A stretch of DNA of 64,000 nucleotides from Bdellovibrionales bacterium (GTDB lineage: Bacteria; Bdellovibrionota; Bdellovibrionia; Bdellovibrionales; UBA1609): positions 64,001 through 128,000 of the forward strand of contig DAHVQG010000002.1 in NCBI GenBank assembly GCA_027317865.1, read 5' to 3'. The notes under the pieces were generated by a model. The model was given only the letters and a program-made list of their open reading frames with translations, had not been told where the DNA came from and did not search any database. Position numbers and translations under genes: made by a program. Shown in pieces: positions 9,616-19,033 of this stretch (positions are counted from its first letter, which is position 1; each line of letters starts with the position of its first letter).

Positions 9616-10642
9616 TATTCACCAAAAAATCGGGCGTAAATCGAGGTGGCGTATTTGCAACTCCAACATGATCGGCGCCTTGCTTTTTGACCTCAATCAA
9701 AGCCCGCTCAGCCGAGCGCAACAGTTCTTCGGCGCCGTCGCTCAAACTTGGATATTCGCTGACACTTACTTGAACTGAAACCTTACCGACACTCCCCAAA
9801 ATGGCCTTAAATTTAGACGTCACAAAAATTCGCCTCATTCTTTCAGCCACGATCATCGCCCCTGATTGCGAAGTGTGCGGCAAACAAACGACAAATAAAT
9901 CGCGGGCGATTCTGCCGACCAGGTCATTAGTGCGGGTCAATTTATGCAGTATTTCGGCTATCGATTTGACAAAGTGCCGAACCGTTTCTGGAGGCACCTC
10001 GAGGGTCAAATCGTAAAAACGATCAACGGAAATAAAAACAAGTGAAACCGGCTTCTTAATTCGACGTGCGCGCGAAACCTCTTGCTCCAATTTTTGCCGA
10101 AAATAACCGGCGTTTAAAGCTTCGCAGTCGAGGTCGTAAATGGAAGTCCTGGCGAGTTTTTCTTGCAGCGATAAAACATGGCATCGCTGATTGGCAAATT
10201 TTTGCGCTAGTTGCATCTCGTAAGCGGCCGTACCGTATGAATCTTGATTTTCATGGCCGGCCAAATTTTGATTATCATTTGTCGCAAATACGAAAACACC
10301 CTGGGGGAGGTTGCCGTTTAACAGCGGTAAAATGAGTGCGTCTTTTCGGCATAGACCTTCGTTCACAAAATTTTGCAATGAGCTCAAGCGCCAAGGCTCT
10401 AAAAGTTGATCGGAATAGAAGCCGGGTTCTAGCGCCTGCAGGTCCAGCCCGACACCGTCGATGTAATTCGCTTCTAGGCCGATCGCCGATTCGGCAATCA
10501 GCGACCGTTTCGATTCGACGTATTTAAAATACACTGCGAGATCAGTACGCAGTTTCCGAACCCCCTCGCACAAAAATAACTGGATAAGTTCGTCTTGAGA
10601 AGTTGCCCTATTAGCCGTGCTAAAAAAATCGTCAAGGTTCAA
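9584..10642 (-). CDS. GAF-like plus degenerate GGDEF-domain protein
   Basis: C-terminal GGDEF fold (LEQEVSRARR...SLVFISVD...RTNDLVGRIARDLFVVCLP...AERMR...AERALIEVKKQG); A-site reads ARDLF. Confidence 0.85.
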   Translation of the reverse strand: MNLDDFFSTANRATSQDELIQLFLCEGVRKLRTDLAVYFKYVESKRSLIAESAIGLEANYIDGVGLDLQALEPGFYSDQLLEPWRLSSLQNFVNEGLCRKDALILPLLNGNLPQGVFVFATNDNQNLAGHENQDSYGTAAYEMQLAQKFANQRCHVLSLQEKLARTSIYDLDCEALNAGYFRQKLEQEVSRARRIKKPVSLVFISVDRFYDLTLEVPPETVRHFVKSIAEILHKLTRTNDLVGRIARDLFVVCLPHTSQSGAMIVAERMRRIFVTSKFKAILGSVGKVSVQVSVSEYPSLSDGAEELLRSAERALIEVKKQGADHVGVANTPPRFTPDFLVNNERNTPPVAR

Positions 10643-12492
10643 TCGTCACCTCGAACTTTTGCCTGTGGCATCTGTATAACGGACTCGTCTTTTGAATTTT
10701 CTGAAGCCGCCGAATCGCTTTCATCTGGCGACGGCGGTAGTATTTGGGCAATATCAGGCGGTACCGCTTTTGATTTTAGTTCCGCCGGCGTTTCACTTAT
10801 TGCCGCTGGAATTTTACATACTATTTGAAATCCATTGTAGCTGACTGGTTCTACCGTTACTTCGCCGTTCATTTCGTTAATCCGCGCACGCGCCAGAGCG
10901 AGGTCGAGCCCGCCTTTTTTGTTTGCCTTAATTTGAAACGGCGCAAACAATTTACGGCGAATTTCCGGAGTCAACTCCCGCCCACAAGCTTCGATACGAA
11001 ATTGGGCCATTCCTCCGAGTTTTTGCGCACTAAGCTTGAGCCGGCGATCGCTATCAGGAGACGAGTCGCTCAAATATTCACCGGCAAAGCCGAGCAGAGT
11101 CGCAAATGCCGATTTCAAACGCGTGAAATCCGCTTTCACGCGCAAATCAGGTTGAAAATTATCCTCAATTTGCACGCTTTGTTTCGTCAATGCCGGCTTT
11201 TTCACGGCGATCACAGCATTCAGAAGGCCCGACAAGTCGATGGCATCCAGCTTCAGCTCACTCGAGCGCGTCTCGCGTCCGAGAAACTCAACAAATTCAC
11301 GAACGGATTTTACAATGTCGCTCAACTGCCGATGTGTATTAACGGCTTTAATACTTGGAGTAGACCCCGTTAGATGCGACTCGAGCACCTGCAAATATCC
11401 GGACATGGCAATCACGGGACCGCGTAAGAAATCGACAATTCCGCGCAAGAGGTCGTCTTGATCCAAGAGTGAATCCGCCGTTTTTTGTTGGGTCGGAGCT
11501 TCAACCCGGCTTTGGGTTTCGGCCTTGGTGTTCGCTTCAACAACGGCAGCCGCCTTCGTTTTTGCCAAACGGAGCTTCTCCTTCAACAGTGCCCGCTCGC
11601 GACGTTCAAACCCTAAGACCATAGCTGCAATCAACGCGAGCAGCAGCGCCGCCACAGCTGCAATTTCAAATGCCGGTAAAAACGCCGGTGCTAGAATATC
11701 GATCCAATCAGGCAATGTTCTTGTGGCGACAACGTACAAATTGCTGTTTGGTACATGTTCATAACCGCCAATAGCCTTTTTATAGCCAATCGAAAATGTT
11801 TCGATTTTTTCTGCCGACGGCGCCGCAATCATATCAGCGACGACAGGATGAGCGTTTATGTCCGAACCGACGTATTGCACTTCTGGATAACCGACCGCAA
11901 TACCGGCTTGATTAACAACAAATAAATTGGAACGGCCGCTCGGGTCGGCAAAAGGCGCCAGCGCGAATAATCCGGGCCCGGCGAAACCGACAGCAATTCG
12001 ATTTTTCACTTTTGCGCCTGACACAACCCGCATTGGCACCGCGATGGCAAACAAAACTTGTTGGTTAGGCAACAGTAAGCGTTGCCAAAATACATCGCCC
12101 GGCTTCAGCGGGAATCCGCTCGACTGCTGCAAAACGTTTTGGGCCCAATCTTGAGTTATGTTGGGGACACGCGAACGCCACCAATTGATGTTCCAGTTGC
12201 CGTTCTCGTTAGGTGTCACTAGCGCCAAAGCGCGAAATTCGCTCGAAGCAAAAACTCGAGCGGGCGCCTGCGCATTCCACTCTTTGTTAATTAGGGCAGT
12301 GAGTTCGTCGCTCAAAGACCGGTTGAGTGCGACGCTCCATGAGCTAACGGCGTCCAGTAGATGGGTCACATCAACTCGCCGCGCGCTTCGCGTTTCGCTT
12401 GCAAATTTATTGGCTGCGATCCACCCGACTAATGTCGCCGTCACAAGCACGCCGACAAACAGAGTGACAATCAAAGGATGCCGAATTTTCAT
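10639..12492 (-). CDS. membrane sensor with Cache-like domain and degenerate histidine-kinase module
   Basis: Two TMs flank a Cache-like region (LFVVNQAGIAVGYP); HisKA-like helix GIVDFLRGPVIAMSGYLQVL; HATPase-like RRKLFAPF...GGLDLALARARINEMNGEV. Confidence 0.75.
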   Translation of the reverse strand: MKIRHPLIVTLFVGVLVTATLVGWIAANKFASETRSARRVDVTHLLDAVSSWSVALNRSLSDELTALINKEWNAQAPARVFASSEFRALALVTPNENGNWNINWWRSRVPNITQDWAQNVLQQSSGFPLKPGDVFWQRLLLPNQQVLFAIAVPMRVVSGAKVKNRIAVGFAGPGLFALAPFADPSGRSNLFVVNQAGIAVGYPEVQYVGSDINAHPVVADMIAAPSAEKIETFSIGYKKAIGGYEHVPNSNLYVVATRTLPDWIDILAPAFLPAFEIAAVAALLLALIAAMVLGFERRERALLKEKLRLAKTKAAAVVEANTKAETQSRVEAPTQQKTADSLLDQDDLLRGIVDFLRGPVIAMSGYLQVLESHLTGSTPSIKAVNTHRQLSDIVKSVREFVEFLGRETRSSELKLDAIDLSGLLNAVIAVKKPALTKQSVQIEDNFQPDLRVKADFTRLKSAFATLLGFAGEYLSDSSPDSDRRLKLSAQKLGGMAQFRIEACGRELTPEIRRKLFAPFQIKANKKGGLDLALARARINEMNGEVTVEPVSYNGFQIVCKIPAAISETPAELKSKAVPPDIAQILPPSPDESDSAASENSKDESVIQMPQAKVRGDD

Positions 12493-12649
12493 GATTCCCT
12501 TCTAGCAAAGCCAAGGCCCATCTAATTTTAAAGAGAGAACTGCTATTGCGGCAAGTTGCGAGCTGTAACAATTGCCTCCTCTTGACCGTGTGCGTCTCTT
12601 GGGCGCATAAGAAATCCGTCACAAACGAACAACACTCGCGGGGGAGCGC

Positions 12650-14272
12650 ATGAACTCGCATTCACAATACGAACATTTTGATTTTTTAGTGATTGGATCT
12701 GGACTCGCAGGACTCGTTTTCGCTCTGAAAGCGGCGAATACGGGGCGAGTTCTGGTTATTAGCAAAACAAATCTTGAACTTTCAAATACCGAAAAGGCTC
12801 AAGGCGGAATCGCCGCTGTCATGAGCGATGTCCCAGACGATAGTCTAGAAAAACACACGCAAGATACGCTTGTCGCCGGCGCCGGTCTTTGCGACGAAAA
12901 TGTAGTTCGCCACGTTGTCACTCAAGCCGCGAGCCGAATCCGCGATTTACAAGACTGGGGCGTTCAGTTTGATTTGGATAATAATCACAAGATCGCGCTG
13001 GGCCGCGAAGGGGGCCACACCGCACGACGGATTCTTCACGTTGCCGATCATACTGGGCTCGACATTCACCGCCAGGTGCTCGCACGAGTGCGCGCTAATC
13101 CCAACATCACACTCCGCGAAAATCACTTTGCAGTTGAACTGATCAGCCGACGCGAAGTCGACCCACATTACTTTGACCAAGATCAATGCCTTGGTGCTTA
13201 TATCCTTGATAAGAAAACAAATGAAGTTTATGTGCAAACGGCAAGCTACACGGTACTTGCGACTGGGGGCGCGGGTAAAGTTTATCTTTACACCTCAAAT
13301 TGGGAGGGTGCCACCGGCGATGGAATTGCGATGGCCCACCAACTCGGCGCGCGAGTCGCGAATATGGAATTCATGCAATTTCACCCGACATGCCTCTATC
13401 ACTCTAGCTCACGCAATTTTTTAATCTCTGAAGCATTGCGCGGCGAAGGCGGCGAGCTAATTAACGATAAAGGTGAAGCGTTCATGAAAAAGCATCACCC
13501 GCTCGGGAGTCTTGCCCCTCGTGACATTGTGGCACGCTCCATAGATGCCGAAATGAAAAAATCTGGTGCTGATTGTGTTTTTCTCGACATGACTCATAAA
13601 TCCGCCGAATTTTTGCGCGATCGATTTCCACAGATTTACAAACGTTGTTTTGAACTTGGCATCGATATGTCAAAAGAGCCAATTCCAGTTGTACCGGCGG
13701 CACATTACCTTTGCGGCGGCGTCAAGACGGATATTCACGGCCGAACTGACGTAGCCAACTTGTTTGCCGTTGGCGAAACCGCTTGCACCGGATTGCACGG
13801 TGCTAATCGCCTGGCTTCAAACTCGCTTCTTGAATGCCTTGTTTTTTCGCACAACGCCGCCGAATGGATTCGCGCCCACGATAATGACCGGATACGCAAC
13901 AAAGAGGTAATCGAACACGCCGCAATTCCCGACTGGAACGATCGCCAAAAAAGGCGGGATTTTAGTCCGCAAACCGGGCAAATTGAGGGACAAAATACAG
14001 ACGAACTCATTTTAGTTTCTCACATGTGGGATGAAATTCGCCGACTGATGTGGGCGTACGTCGGAATTGTTCGCACCAATCGCCGTCTCGAACGCGCGAA
14101 GCGTAGGCTTGCTAATATTTTGCAGGAGTTCGACGAATATTATTCGTCGTTTAAAACCAACGCCGACATTATTGAACTTCGCAATATTGCAACGGTTGCG
14201 AGCCTTACTGTCTCTCAGGCATTGGCGCGCAAAGAATCACGCGGAATACATTACAATTTAGATTATCCGTGA
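12650..14272 (+). CDS. nadB: L-aspartate oxidase
   Basis: IGSGLAGL, AQGGIA, REGGHTARRILH, QFHPT, SEALRGEG, LAPRDIVAR, AAHYLCGG, HGANRLASNSLLE, ESRGIHY. Confidence 0.97.
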   Translation: MNSHSQYEHFDFLVIGSGLAGLVFALKAANTGRVLVISKTNLELSNTEKAQGGIAAVMSDVPDDSLEKHTQDTLVAGAGLCDENVVRHVVTQAASRIRDLQDWGVQFDLDNNHKIALGREGGHTARRILHVADHTGLDIHRQVLARVRANPNITLRENHFAVELISRREVDPHYFDQDQCLGAYILDKKTNEVYVQTASYTVLATGGAGKVYLYTSNWEGATGDGIAMAHQLGARVANMEFMQFHPTCLYHSSSRNFLISEALRGEGGELINDKGEAFMKKHHPLGSLAPRDIVARSIDAEMKKSGADCVFLDMTHKSAEFLRDRFPQIYKRCFELGIDMSKEPIPVVPAAHYLCGGVKTDIHGRTDVANLFAVGETACTGLHGANRLASNSLLECLVFSHNAAEWIRAHDNDRIRNKEVIEHAAIPDWNDRQKRRDFSPQTGQIEGQNTDELILVSHMWDEIRRLMWAYVGIVRTNRRLERAKRRLANILQEFDEYYSSFKTNADIIELRNIATVASLTVSQALARKESRGIHYNLDYP

Positions 14273-14686
14273 TCAGTCATATTCGTCAGCTAAAGCCTCG
14301 CTTGTTTTTCGCCGCATAAAACGCATCATGCGCTTCAAATCGCTGCGACTTAGCGTCGGCCGTTTGCTGTTTGGGATCGTACCATGCGTAACTGAAGCGG
14401 GCGTTCGACCGTCATTGATTGTCCCAAAGGTATCAGACTTCTTTTGCATTAAAACGACTTTTTGGCGTCTTTGGTTTTTCGGTTGAATTTTGGGCGGCAA
14501 AGCTTGAACCGATGACGCCGGCAACGAAACGTAGTCAAAATTGACGAGTAGCAATCGCGTATGCGCGCGAACGTCGATTCTTTGGCGAGCGTATGACGAG
14601 ACGCTAAACAGTAAAAATGCGGCTAAAAATCCCGTTTCTAGAATAGAAATGGCGAATTTCTGCTTATAATCGTCCTGTGGCTTCAT
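14273..14686 (-). CDS. small basic secreted hypothetical protein
   Basis: Track ORF 14273..14740; ATG 14686 gives a signal-peptide-like start ending SSYA; lies just downstream of a sigma54-type promoter. Confidence 0.55.
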   Translation of the reverse strand: MKPQDDYKQKFAISILETGFLAAFLLFSVSSYARQRIDVRAHTRLLLVNFDYVSLPASSVQALPPKIQPKNQRRQKVVLMQKKSDTFGTINDGRTPASVTHGTIPNSKRPTLSRSDLKRMMRFMRRKTSEALADEYD

Positions 14687-14699
14687 ACCTGAAAAGAAG

Positions 14700-14716
14700 T
14701 GCACGATGAGTGCCAA
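14700..14716 (-). promoter_or_regulatory. sigma54 (RpoN) -24/-12 promoter
   Basis: Minus strand reads TTGGCAC-TCATC-GTGCA with exact GG-N10-GC spacing. Confidence 0.6.
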
Positions 14717-14799
14717 ATGCGTACGCAAAAATAGCGCCAAACCGCTGAGTCTAAATGAGAATATCCGTTCTTTAGAGCGTCGATCTTTTGTTGTGTTGT

Positions 14800-15318
14800 T
14801 TAAAAGTCGTACATGAGTCCCAAATCAAATACCAAAATCGTGCCCGGTTGCGAACTCACGGTCATATCAAACCGTGCCAATACGCTCGGCGTGATTTTGG
14901 TTAAAACACTTCCCGTAAAATACTCACCTAAAACAGTTTTGGCCCCCGTCACCATATCAGAGGTATATCGTGTTATATTGAGACCGATGCCCGTACCAAG
15001 TTCCAACGATTGAACGGGAATCTGCAAGCTGACTCCGCCGGCGACCTGTTGTAACGAAACTGCGCCGCCGTTGCCCGACGTATACGTCCCGTCAAAATAT
15101 CCTCCATGCGATGCGCTTGTTGGCATGGGAGCAGACAGGCGCAGACCCCAAATCGTAAAAATGTTGTCTTGATTTGAAACGTCGTGAGGTAAAGCTCGCC
15201 CGTAAAATGCGCCAAATTGCCAGGAGTCGGCTTGACCGCCCGCTGACTGCGCAAAGGCTTTACCGGCAATGACTAAAAGAAAAGACAGAAATAAAACCAA
15301 AGTTGCGGTTCTGTACAA
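14800..15318 (-). CDS. small outer-membrane beta-barrel-like protein
   Basis: TTG 15318 follows a GAGAGG RBS (track start 15360); signal peptide ending AFA; alternating beta-strands; C-terminal DLGLMYDF. Confidence 0.65.
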   Translation of the reverse strand: MYRTATLVLFLSFLLVIAGKAFAQSAGGQADSWQFGAFYGRALPHDVSNQDNIFTIWGLRLSAPMPTSASHGGYFDGTYTSGNGGAVSLQQVAGGVSLQIPVQSLELGTGIGLNITRYTSDMVTGAKTVLGEYFTGSVLTKITPSVLARFDMTVSSQPGTILVFDLGLMYDF

Positions 15319-15387
15319 CGAATTACCTCTCTGTGTCTCAACTGTTTTGTTGAATGCCACACTGTCATGGCCTAGGATATCCGTATC

Positions 15388-16287
15388 ATGATCGAAAGGC
15401 TAGAGGGCACATTGCGGGGGTACCAAGACGTCGAGCTGTATTACCAGCTGTGGCGCCCCGGCGAAGACGAAAACATCGGCAGTTCACGCGGTCATTCGCC
15501 TTCAGCTGCGACCATCGTCGTGACTCACGGAATTGCCGAGCACTCTGACTGTTACGAGCGATTTGCTGAAGCCGTTACCAAACAAGGCTACACCGTATTC
15601 GCCTGGGATTTACGCGGGCATGGCCACTCCGACGGTAAACGCGGCTACGTTAACCGCTTTGAAGATTTCAGCGACGATCTTGAAGCCGTCACGCGATTTG
15701 TGAAATCCGAATTTTGGGATAAAAATACCCCGCTTTTTCTATTCGGCCACTCGATGGGCGGTCTTATCACCCTCAAACTTTTACTTGATCACTCGCCTTC
15801 CGATTTTTATGGTTTGATTTTGAGTTCACCGGCACTCGGCTTATCTCTAGAAGTGCCAAAAGTTAAAGAGTTAGCCGCTCACTGGCTTTCGGAGTGGCTC
15901 CCAAAAGTTACACTTTATAATGAAATTAAATTCGACGATCTTGTTCGTGATCAAAATTTAGTGAGGCAATACAGGGCCGATCCGCTCCGTCACAATCGAA
16001 TTTCCCCGCGGCTATTTCTTGGACTGATGCAAACAATGGAAGAAGTAAAACGCGACGCCGGTAAAATTCAAATGCCGACACTAATGCAGTTGGCCGGCCG
16101 GGAGAAACTCGTAAGCACGTCCGTTTCTGAAGCGTTTTTTGAGAATTTGGGAGCAAAGAAAAAAGAACTTTACATCTACGCCGACAGCTTTCACGAAATT
16201 TACAACGACCTGGACCGAGATGACGTTTTTCGCGATTTATTTCGATTTTTAGAAAAATCGGCGCGGGAATTTAAAAACGGAGCTTAA
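15388..16287 (+). CDS. alpha/beta hydrolase, lysophospholipase/monoacylglycerol lipase family
   Basis: HGIAEH, DLRGHGHS, nucleophile elbow GHSMGG, SSPAL, HEIYND. Confidence 0.92.
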   Translation: MIERLEGTLRGYQDVELYYQLWRPGEDENIGSSRGHSPSAATIVVTHGIAEHSDCYERFAEAVTKQGYTVFAWDLRGHGHSDGKRGYVNRFEDFSDDLEAVTRFVKSEFWDKNTPLFLFGHSMGGLITLKLLLDHSPSDFYGLILSSPALGLSLEVPKVKELAAHWLSEWLPKVTLYNEIKFDDLVRDQNLVRQYRADPLRHNRISPRLFLGLMQTMEEVKRDAGKIQMPTLMQLAGREKLVSTSVSEAFFENLGAKKKELYIYADSFHEIYNDLDRDDVFRDLFRFLEKSAREFKNGA

Positions 16288-16291
16288 ACCA

Positions 16292-16927
16292 ATGAAGTTT
16301 AATCGGATTTGTTGCGCGATTGTTGCAAGTTTTGTTTGTACAACATTGGCCGCCTGCGTGCAGGCTCCGATAAATGATACCACTAATCACTCGCGACTAG
16401 ACAACGCCGAATACGACCAGCTTATTAATCAGTATACCCGGCATGAGGAACAGTATAAAGGGTTTAACCAACGTTTTGACGTTTATGCGACGATTTTGAC
16501 GAATGCCGTACAGGCGGCGATATTAAAACAACGCGGCCGCATTTACGAATGGACCCCCTCTCAGGCGCAAGATGCGCGCAACAGAATGTTTCAAAAAAAT
16601 AGCACTGAAACTCAATTTGCGGTCAGCTTTTTTGTTCCGAATTTACAATTAAACGACCTCAATCGCGCAAACAGCATTTGGCGAATCTACCTCGACGCCG
16701 GCGGCAAACGATACATTGGCCACGCGCGAAAGCGTGAAGAGCCGCTTGAAACCATACAGTCGATGTTCCCGTACGATACGAGATTTCATAAGGCTTACGT
16801 CGTAACTTTTAATGTCCCGCTTGCCATTATTGAAAATCAGACGGCCACGTTGATTTTTGCAAGTGCGCAAGGTCTCGCTCGTTTAAGATTTATGCCGCCG
16901 CCTAATCCGCAGATAAATAATTATTAG
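16292..16927 (+). CDS. hypothetical lipoprotein
   Basis: Lipobox TLAAC; starts 4 nt after the hydrolase stop. Confidence 0.7.
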   Translation: MKFNRICCAIVASFVCTTLAACVQAPINDTTNHSRLDNAEYDQLINQYTRHEEQYKGFNQRFDVYATILTNAVQAAILKQRGRIYEWTPSQAQDARNRMFQKNSTETQFAVSFFVPNLQLNDLNRANSIWRIYLDAGGKRYIGHARKREEPLETIQSMFPYDTRFHKAYVVTFNVPLAIIENQTATLIFASAQGLARLRFMPPPNPQINNY

Positions 16928-16939
16928 TTGTGATGCAAA

Positions 16940-17761
16940 TTAAGCTGATTTTTCATCCCGTTGCCTGACAAGGTCGCTTAAAGGAATTTTTCGCGCCGGT
17001 ACACCGCCCCAAATTTCTCCGTCACCGACAATTGTTTTAGGCATAACAACCGAATGCGCTAAAATCTTAGCCTCTCGACCAATCTTCACTCCGCCCATTA
17101 TTGTGGCACGAAGCCCGATCGTCGTGCGGTCGCCGATTGATACAGGGGCTAGGACTAAAAAACCAGACTGACCGTAATGGCCGACAATCGTCGCCGATCC
17201 ACCGATAGTCACCTTTTCGCCCATTGAAATTAGCGCAGGGTCAGAGATGTGCGAAGTGTTGATGATTGTTCCGCGTCCTATATGCATCCCCATTAAACGG
17301 TAAAATAAAATGTTTAAGGGACTTGGGGTAATAAATTCGAGAAACGTAAACCGCATAACATAGGTAATGCCGTTATGAATAAACCACGGCACTGCGGGCA
17401 ACGAATAGTAGGGCCCGCGCCAAGCCTTAGGTTTGAGTCTTAAAATAAAATTAAGAAGCGGGAGGAGCAGAACAAGCGATAAACCATAAAAGAGATAACC
17501 TAAACAAGCCGAACAGCCGAGCGCCCAAAGACGGAAAAATATCGGCCACGACCGCGTACTGAGAAAAACGATACGAAAAACGGCAAGCCCTGGTAGAACC
17601 GCAAGACTGATCCAAGCGCAACCCATCGCATAGAGCGGCAATAGTAAAACGATTTGGCTTAATTCGCGAAAAGTGCGGAAAAAGCGCTCTGCGTAACCCG
17701 CTATGCCACTCCGCCGGCTCGTCGTGCTATCGACATTAGTTCGCCTTTTGAATTTTTTCAT
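16940..17761 (-). CDS. membrane-anchored left-handed beta-helix (hexapeptide) acyltransferase
   Basis: N-terminal TMs, then IGRGTII, MGEKVTIGGSATI, IGDRTTIGLRATI, IGREAKI and WGGVPARKI. Confidence 0.85.
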   Translation of the reverse strand: MKKFKRRTNVDSTTSRRSGIAGYAERFFRTFRELSQIVLLLPLYAMGCAWISLAVLPGLAVFRIVFLSTRSWPIFFRLWALGCSACLGYLFYGLSLVLLLPLLNFILRLKPKAWRGPYYSLPAVPWFIHNGITYVMRFTFLEFITPSPLNILFYRLMGMHIGRGTIINTSHISDPALISMGEKVTIGGSATIVGHYGQSGFLVLAPVSIGDRTTIGLRATIMGGVKIGREAKILAHSVVMPKTIVGDGEIWGGVPARKIPLSDLVRQRDEKSA

Positions 17762-17772
17762 ATTCGCAATGT

Positions 17773-17800
17773 TTATCGGCTATTTTTGAGACAATGTTTA
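17773..17800 (-). promoter_or_regulatory. sigma28 (FliA) promoter for the acyltransferase
   Basis: Minus strand TAAA-cattgtctcaaaaata(16 nt)-GCCGATAA, ending 11 nt upstream of the ATG. Confidence 0.75.
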
Positions 17801-17811
17801 TACTTCGCGAT

Positions 17812-18885
17812 TTATGTATAGTACCGCTCAAATTCGCGCTTGAGTTGTTCAGCCTCGATCTCAGACATGAAAAAATGAAGACGGACTTGTGTCGGCAGAC
17901 GAAAAAGACGGGCTGGCCTCAACCAAACGCCAGTTTCACGTAAAATTCGTTCGGCAAACGCGTCTCCGCTGCGGAATTTTTTCGGAATCCGCAATGTCGC
18001 AAAGTGCCCCGATTGAAGATCATGTGAAAATAAATTGTGCTGAGAATAGCCCGCTCTACTCATGCCGAATTCACGAAAAATCGCTCGCGGTTTTTCAAGC
18101 GCACGCAAATTTGATTCGATTAATTGATCCCAGTTCTGCAAAGCCAACCGTGCCGCCGCTAACGAAAACGACGGCATTTCGATGTGAAAGTTATATCCTA
18201 CACGCTCAAAATTCATCGCCACTTTTGGTTCGGCTCGAAGCCATCCAAATCGAGCCGCCGACAATCCAATTGATTTGCTTAGGCTCCCAATGAGAATCAC
18301 GTTTCGCGGAATGCCCCCTGACAAAATCGACATTTTCCCATCCGAAAAAAGCGGCAAAAATACTTCATCGATAATCACCCATTTAAATAAACGGCTGAAT
18401 GACAAAAGTTCGTCACGCGTCGACAACCGGCCGGTCGGGCAATTGGGATTCGACAGGACCAAAATCTGACAGCGTTTACTTGCCTTTTTTACCGCCGCGA
18501 AATCTCGCTCTATATCAAAGGTGCGATTAAAAAATTCGACTTTCAAACCCAAAAATTCGGCACAAGTCGGGAACGGGTCATACGCGGGCGACTCGACAAG
18601 CACGCGATCGCCTGTTTTGCTAACCGTTGCCAGCGCTTGGGTGTAAACGCTGCTACTCCCGGGAGCAAACCGAAACTCATCGGCGGCGCCGTTCACGTGC
18701 CTTGCAAGTAATTCTTTGATTACGGTTGAAACCTGATCAATTTCTTCGTACGCGAAGGGAATGTTCATGTCGGCAAAGAACTCGGCACTGGCCGGAAACG
18801 GCGGCGTTGAACCGCTTAAATTCAACCGGCATGGTGGAGTCTCGTGAACCATACTATATAGATATCGACTCGTCGGACGCGCCAT
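17812..18885 (-). CDS. PLP-dependent aminotransferase class I/II
   Basis: SNPNCPTG, IIDEVF, PLP lysine in SLSKSIGLSAARFGW; start reassigned to ATG 18885 because the track start (18996) would cover the fliC promoter. Confidence 0.88.
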   Translation of the reverse strand: MARPTSRYLYSMVHETPPCRLNLSGSTPPFPASAEFFADMNIPFAYEEIDQVSTVIKELLARHVNGAADEFRFAPGSSSVYTQALATVSKTGDRVLVESPAYDPFPTCAEFLGLKVEFFNRTFDIERDFAAVKKASKRCQILVLSNPNCPTGRLSTRDELLSFSRLFKWVIIDEVFLPLFSDGKMSILSGGIPRNVILIGSLSKSIGLSAARFGWLRAEPKVAMNFERVGYNFHIEMPSFSLAAARLALQNWDQLIESNLRALEKPRAIFREFGMSRAGYSQHNLFSHDLQSGHFATLRIPKKFRSGDAFAERILRETGVWLRPARLFRLPTQVRLHFFMSEIEAEQLKREFERYYT

Positions 18886-18918
18886 AAGCCTAGTTTTTCG
18901 CAAATTGAGATATTTTTG

Positions 18919-18946
18919 TAAAGCCTCATTTTGAGACAGCCGAGTA
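18919..18946 (+). promoter_or_regulatory. sigma28 (FliA) promoter of flagellin 1
   Basis: TAAA-N16-GCCGAGTA, about 90 nt upstream of fliC. Confidence 0.7.
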
Positions 18947-18988
18947 GACCTTTGAGTAATTTCAACCCACGGGTCGCAAAGGCCCCCT

Positions 18989-19029
18989 GGTAACACGGAT
19001 TGTTACCTGGATTCTTCAAGGAGGAGGAA
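18989..19029 (+). promoter_or_regulatory. CsrA-type GGA-loop hairpins in the flagellin 1 leader
   Basis: GGTAACA-cggat-TGTTACC and TTCTTC-aaggag-GAGGAA; the second overlaps the Shine-Dalgarno. Confidence 0.65.
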
Positions 19030-19033
19030 CAAA

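Noticed and set aside
10825-11373. 182-aa plus-strand ORF and the many similar 60-180 aa antisense or nested ORFs in the track
   Set aside because: They lie inside well-supported genes and show no recognisable protein features
12504-12520. Possible sigma54 site on the minus strand before the pseudo-kinase gene
   Set aside because: GG-N10-GC spacing fits, but the -24 box (GGGCCT) is poor and an SD-like GAAGGGA would fall upstream of the predicted start site
12493-12649. NAD riboswitch upstream of nadB
   Set aside because: Only a small hairpin and a sigma70-like promoter are visible; no aptamer I can recognise
18968-18990. GGGTCGCAAAGGCCC resembling part of a c-di-GMP-I riboswitch
   Set aside because: The upstream GGCAAA/GAAA stem and the downstream CUAA receptor are absent; a simple leader hairpin explains it
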